Shown one piece after another: positions 1-9,000 of a stretch of DNA of 64,000 nt. The DNA comes from Candidatus Poseidoniales archaeon. Lineage in GTDB: Archaea > Thermoplasmatota > Poseidoniia > Poseidoniales > Poseidoniaceae. Location of the stretch: positions 444 to 64,443 of the forward strand of contig JAYNJV010000006.1 of the NCBI GenBank assembly GCA_038110525.1. Reading direction: 5' to 3'. A model generated the notes under the pieces. The model was not told where the DNA came from. It worked only from the letters and a program-made list of their open reading frames with translations, and ran no database searches. Position 1 is the stretch's first letter. The number at the start of each line of letters is the position of its first letter. The position numbers and the translations under genes were made by a program.

Positions 1-3000
1 GGTTTCAGCACCTTTCTTGACCTCTTCCTTGACCTCTGAAGTCGTAGCTTTTCCGAGGACCTTGAAGTCAATCGATTTGGCTCGCTCTTTGACTCGCTCA
101 ATCTCTTCTTCCTTCTTGGCTTCCTTGGTGGCCGGTTTGGCAGCGGCAGCCTTGGCTTTTGCATCTGCTTCGGCTTTTGCCTTTGCTTCTTTTTCAGCCT
201 CTTCCTTTTCTGCCTTGGCCTTGGCTTCAGCATCGGCTTTTGCCTTTGCTTCCTTTTCAGCCTCTTCCTCTTGTTTCTTCGCTATGAGAAGGGCGGCGGC
301 TTCTTCTTCGGCCTTGGCTTTGGCTTCAGCATCTGCTTTTGCCTTCGCTTCTTTTTCAGCCTCTTCCTTCGCCTTCTTTTCGGCTGCTTCTGCTTCCTTC
401 TTGGCTTTGGCCTCAGCATCGGCTTTTGCCTTTGCTTCCTTTTCAGCCTCTTTCTTTTCGTTCTTTTCGGCTGCCTCGGCTTCTTTCTTTGCCTTCTTCT
501 CTGCCTCTTCCTCTTCTTTCTTCGCTACGAGGAGTGCGGCAGCGGCTTCTTCTTCGGCTTTGGCTTCAGCATCTGCTTTTGCCTTCGCTTCCTCGTCGGC
601 CTTCGCATCCGCTTCTGCCTTGGCTTTGGCATCTGCTTCTGCTTTCTTCTTGGCTTCAGCCTCTTCCTTCTTACGTTGCTTTTCGGCTTCTTTCTCTTGC
701 TTCTTGAGTTCCTTGAGGTATTCTTTGTCTGGTTTGACTTCGACTTCCCACATCACATAGACCGAATTCAAACCAATCTTGAGCAGCCCTTGGAATGTAC
801 CACCTTCTCGAGTATTTTCAAAGGAGTCATCAAACATGATTCGAATCGAAGATGTACCTTCTTCATCACCGTGAGCCTCGAACACACCTTCCTCTGAACC
901 ACGTTCATCGATCATCTTGAATCTCGTTCGATTGGCTTCGTTTCCGAGATCGCTGATTGGGAATTTGATGTTCGGACTCATGTTGGTAAAGGTGATGAGT
1001 TCCTTGGACACCACCGATTCACCATGCTTGATTGGCTTCGGAGATTTAAGCACGAATGGGTCACTCTGTGTACCTTGACCGCTCTGGAATTTCGGTTCAG
1101 CATCAGTGAACTCTGGTTCCGGTCCAACAAGAACTTCTCGCTCTCGATACAGCAAGACGAGCAGGAGCAGAAGGAGCAAGAGAAGGAGTGGTAGGAAACA
1201 CAAGCCGTAACCAAATGGCTCATCGCTTGGGTCGCCAGTGCCAACATAGTTCTCCAAACACTGATTGTTGTCATCAACAAGGTCCGCCGGCGTATCCGAT
1301 TGATCACTCGAGTCTGTTTCGCACTGCTCTTCAACTGTATCAGGCCAACCGTCGTTATCATCATCAAGGTCACCTTCAATGATGCCGTCTGGACCGTCTG
1401 GGTCGTTATCTGGTAAGCCATCGAGGTCTGTATCTTCAACAACCGAAAGGTTGAGCATGAATGATATCGATTCGCCTGTCAATGAATTTGAGGCTGTAAT
1501 GAAATACGTCGTCATGTTCATCAGTTCAGTTGGTGTTCCGAAAATTGAACCGTCACCACTTCTCGCCTGTCCTGTGAAGTTCAGGCCTTCTGGTAAGGTT
1601 CCATTGATTTCCCACGTATCTGCGAGTATACCATCCAAGAACGGCGTCAAAACGATGCTCTCATTGAGCAGAATCCACATATCGGACGTGTTGTATTGAC
1701 GTGTTGCATTCGGGTTGGTGTAGACCAAAATTGGTGGGTCAAAGGCATTACAAATTCCATCGAGGTCAGAATCTTTTGGAACGCTGCTATCATCGTCTTC
1801 GTCAGTTCCACACAGGAGTTCGTCAACGTTTGACCAACCGTCGCCATCGAGGTCGTCGCGGTTATCTTCTGTATCGAGTGCGTCGCAAATACCGTCCTCA
1901 TCGATATCACCTGGCTCATCGGTGTCGTCTTGTGGGTCGGTACCACAAGCAATCTCATCCAGGTCGCTCCAACCATCATCTTCTGCATCATCATCGAACA
2001 AATCTTCGATGAGTGAAGGGTCAGTGTTCACATCTTGTCGTACTTCATCAGGTCGACCATCCCCGTCGGTATCGGTATCTGCACCTGGATTGAGTGGGTA
2101 CAAATCATCGACATCTTCGACGCCGTCACCATCGTCATCCGTATCTTCAATAAGTTCTCCATCGTAATCATCAGGGAGTTCATCCGGCAAACCGTCGCCA
2201 TCTGTGTCCACTGGCTGAGTCGGGTCGTTTGGATAGGGGTCTGGGCCTGCAACACAAACGACTTCACTGCCATTCATGACACCAATTGAGCCATCGCAAT
2301 ATCCGTCACCATCTGTATCTGGATTCCATGGATCTGTTCCCGTATCTGTTTCATTGACGTAGATGCTCGTGTTGGTTTCATTCGCATTTGGAATGCCATC
2401 ATCGTCCCAGTCATCATCGAGGACATCACAGAGACCATCGCCGTTGAGGTCAACAGGAATGTCTGTTTCATTGAGTGAGTCAGTACCACAGGCTATTTCG
2501 TCAAGGTCATCCCAACCATCATCGTCGTCATCCAAGTCTTCTATGAGAGCAGGGTCGCTCGTTGAATTCACGCCTGGAACCAAGTCATCTGGCTTACCGT
2601 CGCCGTCAGTATCCTTGGAGGCCGACGGGTCAAGTGGGAAGGCGTCTGGTCCCGCAGTACAGTTGCTCGTTACTGGTGATTCAGGTCCGTCACAGACGCC
2701 GTCGCCATCAGTATCTGGGTTGTCAGGGTCTGTTCCAATTGGAAGGCCTGTTTCGTTGAGATTGTCGATACCGTCACCGTCCATGTCAAGGTCGTCACCG
2801 TCACAAATTGCGTCGCCGTCCATGTCCTCGGGAATGGAGGTTGCATTCTTCGAATCGGAGTTGCAAGCGTCCTCGGAAATATCTGGATAGCCGTCGTTAT
2901 CATCGTCGTCATCGGCTTCAAGCCCACCTTCGCCATCTGGGTCGTCGTCAGGATACATGTCGCCGTCGGTGTCGAGTGGGTCGGTTGGGTCGTGCGGGTC

Positions 3001-6000
3001 TGGGTCTGGACCTCGGCAAACGAGGTTGCCAAGTCGGTCGTAAACTTCGGAGGCAGGACCATCACAGAATCCATCACCATCTGTATCTGGATTGAGGGGG
3101 TCTGTTCCCGTATCGCCTTCACCGTTCCAAATGCCCGTATCGGTTTCGTTCAGGTCGGGTAAGCCGTCGTTATCGTCGTCGAGGTCTTCAGTAAGGCCTG
3201 GTGGGCCACGAATTGAATCCTCGTTGCCGTCGTAATCGATTGGTAGGGTGTCAGGGTCGCCATCGCCATCCGTATCTTCAAGCACCTCGATGGTGAAATC
3301 CCATGAGTACGAGTTTCCACCAGTATGGTTTGCAAAGACTGTGAAAGTGGTGTTACCAATGGTCTCTGTCGGCGTACCTGAAATCACACCTGTGGCAGGG
3401 TCAATCGACAAGCCAGCAGGCAAGCTTGGCATAATCTGGTAGGAGAGGCCACTTCCAACATAGTACGGCGGTACATTGGGTATCGCAGTGTTGTTGACTG
3501 CCACCACCGTAGCCGTTGGCCCGAATGGTGCTGGGTCTGGGCCTGCGGCGCAAATTCCTGGAATAGCGTTTGGACCGTCACAAATACCATCATCGTCGGT
3601 ATCGGGGTCAAGTGGGTCTGTACCTGTGTTGTTTTCATCGAGGTACATTCCCGTATCTGTCTCTACCGAGTCATTGTAGCCGTCACCATCATCATCTAAA
3701 TCCTCCTCAAGACCGGGCGCCGAGCGAATTGGGTCCTCTGAACCGTTGTAATCGCCTGGCAAGACATCGGGTAATCCGTCGCCGTCAAAGTCGTCGAGAA
3801 CGGTGAGATAGAATGTCCATTGTGCACTTACGCCGTTGCTTAGGTTTGCCCACATGGTGTAGGATGTGTTGGTCATCACCATGTCCGGTGTTCCCCAAAT
3901 TGAGCCGTTGCTCGCATCGAATTGAAGTGAAGTTGGAAGTGATGGTGAGAGCGAATAGGTCGCTCCTGACACGACGAAGAACGGGTCGATTTCTGTAACT
4001 GCAGTGTTGTTGACAAGAACGATCGGTGTGGAAATGACTGGAGGACCAGTGTTCGTATCTGGGCCTGCAATACACACACCGGGCACAGCGTTTGGACCGT
4101 CGCATATACCATCGTCATCGGTATCGGGGTCGAGCGGGTCAGTACCCGTATCGCTTTCATTGACATAGATGCCCGTATCTGTTTCATTGGTATCGGGCAA
4201 TCCATCTGCATCGTCATCTAAGTCCTCTTCAAGACCAGGCGCCGAGCGAATTGGGTCCTCTGAACCGTTGTAATCGCCTGGCAAGACATCGGGTAATCCG
4301 TCGCCGTCAAAGTCGTCGAGAACGGCCAGATAGAATGTCCATTGCATGCTCGCTCCGCCGCTCACATTCGCCCACATGGTGTAGGACGTGTTACCCATAA
4401 CCACGTCAGGTGTTCCCCAAATTGAGCCGTTGCTCGCATCGAATTGAAGTGAAGATGGCAGAGCGGGTGAAAGCCCGTAGGTCGCACCTGTCGGGGCATA
4501 GAATGGGTCGATTTCTGCAACTGCAGTGTTGTTGACAAGAACGATTGGTGTGGTTACAACAAGCGGTCCAAGGTTCGTATCTGGACCGGCGACACACACG
4601 CCTGTGATAGCATTTGGACCATCACAGACACCGTCGTCATCGGTATCGGGGTCGAGCGGGTCAGTACCTGTATCGCTTTCATTGACATAGGTGCCCGTAT
4701 CTGTTTCATTTGCATCTGGAAGACCGTCGCCGTCATCGTCATCGTCCGCAACCAGGCCAGACGTCGGCGGGTCGTTCGTATCATAGTCGGGCGGTAAGTC
4801 GTTTGGCAGTCCGTCACCGTCGTAATCGGCAAGGCTCTCGAGATTGAATGTGAATGTTTCAGTGGCTGAGCCATTGTGCGTTGCTGTCACTGTAAACGTG
4901 GTGTTGGCAAGGGTTCCGTTGACCGCCCCAGTAATTTCACCTGTAGCAGAATCCATGGATAGTCCTGAAGGTAAGGCTGGTGAAACCGTCCATGTGGTCG
5001 TACCGTTCCAAAACGGTGGATGGAAACCAATGGGGTCAATGGTCACGTTTTCTACAACCGTATGTGGATTGTCAGTATCAACCGTGAACCAAAGGTCAAG
5101 TGTGAAACTGTAATTGTTCTGATTGACGTAAACAGTGTATGTTTGGTTGGATGCATAGACTGAAGGGGTGCCGCTAATTGAGCCGCTCGTTAGGCTCATG
5201 CCGTCTGGAAGTTGTGGTTCAGTTTCCCATATTGCAGATTGCAAAGAGATCACCTGTATTTCTCCAGGTTGATGTGCCCACAATTCAACACCTGTGGTGG
5301 TTGATGAAGAGCCGGTATTGTGGGTTGCGGAGAAGTATAGGGTGTCGCCAACGAGAGCGGCCATGTATCGCCCCGGTTCGGTAGTGCGACTTCCTGGAGA
5401 GATGTCTGTTACTCGCCATGTGGAGTGGTTGGATGTATCGTGAGCCCACAATTCTGTGCCCTTGCTTCCATCATATGCATCAAAATAGATGGTATCGCCA
5501 ACAAGGATGCTCATCATTGCTCCAGGATTGCCGTTATTTGAGGAGCTGGCTATGTTCGCCACTTGCCAAGTAGAATGGTTTGAAGTATCGTGAGCCCACA
5601 ATTCTCGACCTGTGCTTGTATCATCAGCATCAAAATAGATGGTGTCGCCAACGACAATGGACATGTGTTGTCCAGGATTGCTGTCGCCCCAGGAGGTGCG
5701 GATGTCGGCCACTTGCCAAGTGGATTTGTTGGAGGTATCGTGAGCCCACAATTCTGTCCAGTTTCCATCATCAGCATCAAAATAGATGGTGTCGCCAACG
5801 ACAATGGACATGTATCTTCCAGGTGTGCTGGACGATGAACTGCTTTGGATGTCGGCCACTTGCCAAGTAGAATGGTTTGAAGTGTTATGAGCCCACAATT
5901 CTCGACCTGTGCTTCCATCAAATGCATCAAAATAGATGGTGTCACCAACGACAATGGACATGTATCTTCCAGGTGTGCTGGGGTCGGAACCGCTTCGGAT

Positions 6001-9000
6001 GTCGGCCACTTGCCAAGTAGAATGGTTTGAAGTGTTATGGGCCCACAATTCTTTACCTGTGCTTCCATCAACAGCATCAAAATAGATGGTGTCGCCAACA
6101 AGGATGCACATGTACGCCCCAGGAGCGCTACTACCAAGGCTGTAGATGTTCGTCACTTGCCAAGTGGAGTTGTTGGAGGTGTCGTGAGCCCACAATTCTG
6201 AACCTTGTCCCGGGGATGCATCAAAATAGATGGTGTCGCCAACGAGGATGTTGCACATGTATTGACTAGGTGTGCTGCTGCTTGAACCGCCGTCAAGGTT
6301 TGCCACTTGCCAAGTAGAATGGTTAGAAGTGTTATGGGCCCACAATTCTCGACCTGTGCTTCCATCAACAGCATCAAAATAGATGGTGTCGCCAACGACA
6401 ATGGACATGGGTCCTCCAGGTTCGCTGCTGCCTGAACCGCTTCGGATGTCGGCCACTTGCCAAGTAGAATGGTTTGAAGTGTTATGAGCCCACAATTCTG
6501 CACCATCTCCATCGGTTGCATCAAAATAGATGGAGTCGCCAACGACAATGGACATGTATTGTCCAGGAAGGCTATTGAGATACGAGGCGTAAATATTGGC
6601 CACTCGCCACGTCGAATCGTTGCCATAATCAACCCACTCCTCCATAGTGATATTTGCTGCATTTGTGAGGAAATATTCGAGTGAAATTGGTGTCATCGTC
6701 GCACCGAGTTCGAGGGCTGCACCATCGACTGAAGATGTGAGTGTTGCGAAGGGTGATGTCTTGAGCCAAATATCGACTTGGTAGGTCTCGTTGCTGATAT
6801 TTGCTGTGACTGTGTACGTTGTTCTGCTCGTCGTAACCGTTGGTGTACCGCTGATGGTGCACGTGCTGCTGTCAATGGACAGGCCGGACGGTAATGAAGG
6901 TGAAACAGTGCACGATAGTGCCCCGGTGACGTTGGTCATGCCGCTGCCCGAACCGCTCGCCGCACTGGCATTGTACTGGAAGGTGATGTTGGCCATGGCC
7001 TTACCGATGAGGAGTTCTGCACCTTCTTTACTCGGGAAAAGTAGCATTTCATCAACTCCAATCCAAACCTGTCCACGTAATGTTCCTTGGGATGTGTTGG
7101 CATACACCGTATAGGTCTGATTGGTTGAAAGTGCGGTCGGCGTTCCACTGATTGTACATGTTCCCTGTGCGAGTGTGAGGCCAGCGGGTAGGGAGGGTTG
7201 AACTGAGCAAGTCGCAGTCGACAGAGATGCTGGTGGCCCAGCTATCTTTCCGATATCTACGAATGCTGGACCTGAATTGGTTGTACCATCACCCATTTGT
7301 CCGCGATCTCCTTGCCCCCAACACCACATGGACCCATTTTCGAGCAGTGCACAAGCATGGTACCAACCAACCGAGAGTTCAACGGCTCGAACTGATCCGT
7401 GTGGCCATGGAATGAGTGTTGGTTCAAGGACATTCGAAGAAGTGGTCGAATATGCTGCGTCGGCATCACCCCAGCACGCTACTGAACCGTTGGAAAGAAT
7501 GACACAAAAGGTGGTATCTCCAGCGAAAAGTGATTTCGCAGAAAGATTACCTGGCATTGGGTTGGTAAAGCCTGCAATGCTTGTATTCGATGCCGAGGAC
7601 CCTACACCTCGCTCACCCTTCGGAGAATTTTCCCCCCAACAAGCGACAGACCCATTTTCATACAAGGCGCATACGGATCGGACTGTGCCTTCAATGGCAA
7701 TGATATTTCCATCGGGAAGGATGGCTTTCTTCGCTGTCGTGTAAGTCGTGGTATCTCCTTGACCGAGTTGGCTTTGGCTGTTCCTACCCCAACACATCAC
7801 ATCTCCATTCTCGAGCAATGCACATGTGGAATAGGCAGAAAGGGCCATATCAACCACTTTTGCACCTGAAGGTAACACATTGACTGGAGTGTATTCCCTC
7901 ATCGTGGTCGTGTTTCCGATACCCAGTTGTCGATCCGAATTATATCCAGTGCACAGGGCTGAACCATCGTCGAGGACCACGCATGCATGGTTATGGTCAG
8001 CATGAATGGATGCAACTGTTCGTCCATTCGGAAGCGGAACATGGGTTGGTGTAACAACGCTCGACGCTGTCGAACCTATGCCAAGTTGGCCATAGCCGTT
8101 CTCGCCCCAACAATACAGTGATGAATTCGCAAGAAGGGCACAACTGTGGTCTGCTGCGTACACCGGAACGGCAACTGCAGGACTGCCAGGTGGTAGGTCA
8201 ACCAATTCTGGAGAAAGATAATCTGTGCTGGTTGATGATGTGCCGATTTGCCCATCGGCGTTTTCGCCCCAACAAGCCACAGAACCTCCTGCTTTGACTG
8301 CACATGAATGGTAGTCGCCCGTTAATAAGGTTCTGAAATTGTTGTTGTAAGGCGTATCCCAGCCACCATCGCCTGCCTCGGCGCCCGTGGGTACACCAAA
8401 TGTGATCGGTTCGATGGTTTCGCCAATGTTAGTTTCCAAACCAGAAACACTTGGTGATAGCGGAAGGTAGTCGGTGACCAACCAGAACATCGAACTGTAG
8501 ATTGTGCCGCTGATGGTCGCTGTGAGGGTGAAATTTGTCATTGGTGTGACTGAGGTTGGGGTTCCGCTCACGGTGCAGTTTCCTTGATTGAGGCTTAAGC
8601 CCGTTGGCAAGGAAGGATAAATGCTACAGGAAGCGCCAGCGACAGCGTCAAAAGATACAACGCTGAGTTCTTCTGGAGAATAAGCATACATTTTGTTGTC
8701 GCTCGTCTTCTGATAAACAAACACATCATCCACAAAAGCCCAATACTGGCCAGGATTACTAAGAGCAAAACTTGTCTCGTTCGTGGAAATATCGTACATG
8801 AGTGTCGAGTCGTAATTGCTATCGAAATGATAGAAAAGTTGGTCTCGAGTAAATCCGTGGAACCAAGACGCTGAACGTCCGTTGTTGTATCCGTTGTCAA
8901 TCGAGTAGGTCGTGTTCTCTTGGGTGTCATGGACCCAAATTCGATAGTTGTCGTTGATGTCCTGTGCTCCTGATAATCCAATGAAATACAACTTCCCATT

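Noticed and set aside
17-897. Ser/Ala/Phe-rich + strand ORFs (247, 208 and 122 aa)
   Set aside because: Antisense shadows of the K/A/E-rich tail of the giant minus-strand gene.
5270-6620. Regularly spaced repeats as a possible CRISPR array or DGR
   Set aside because: The period is 147-150 bp, in frame and protein-coding; no cas genes or reverse transcriptase in the window.
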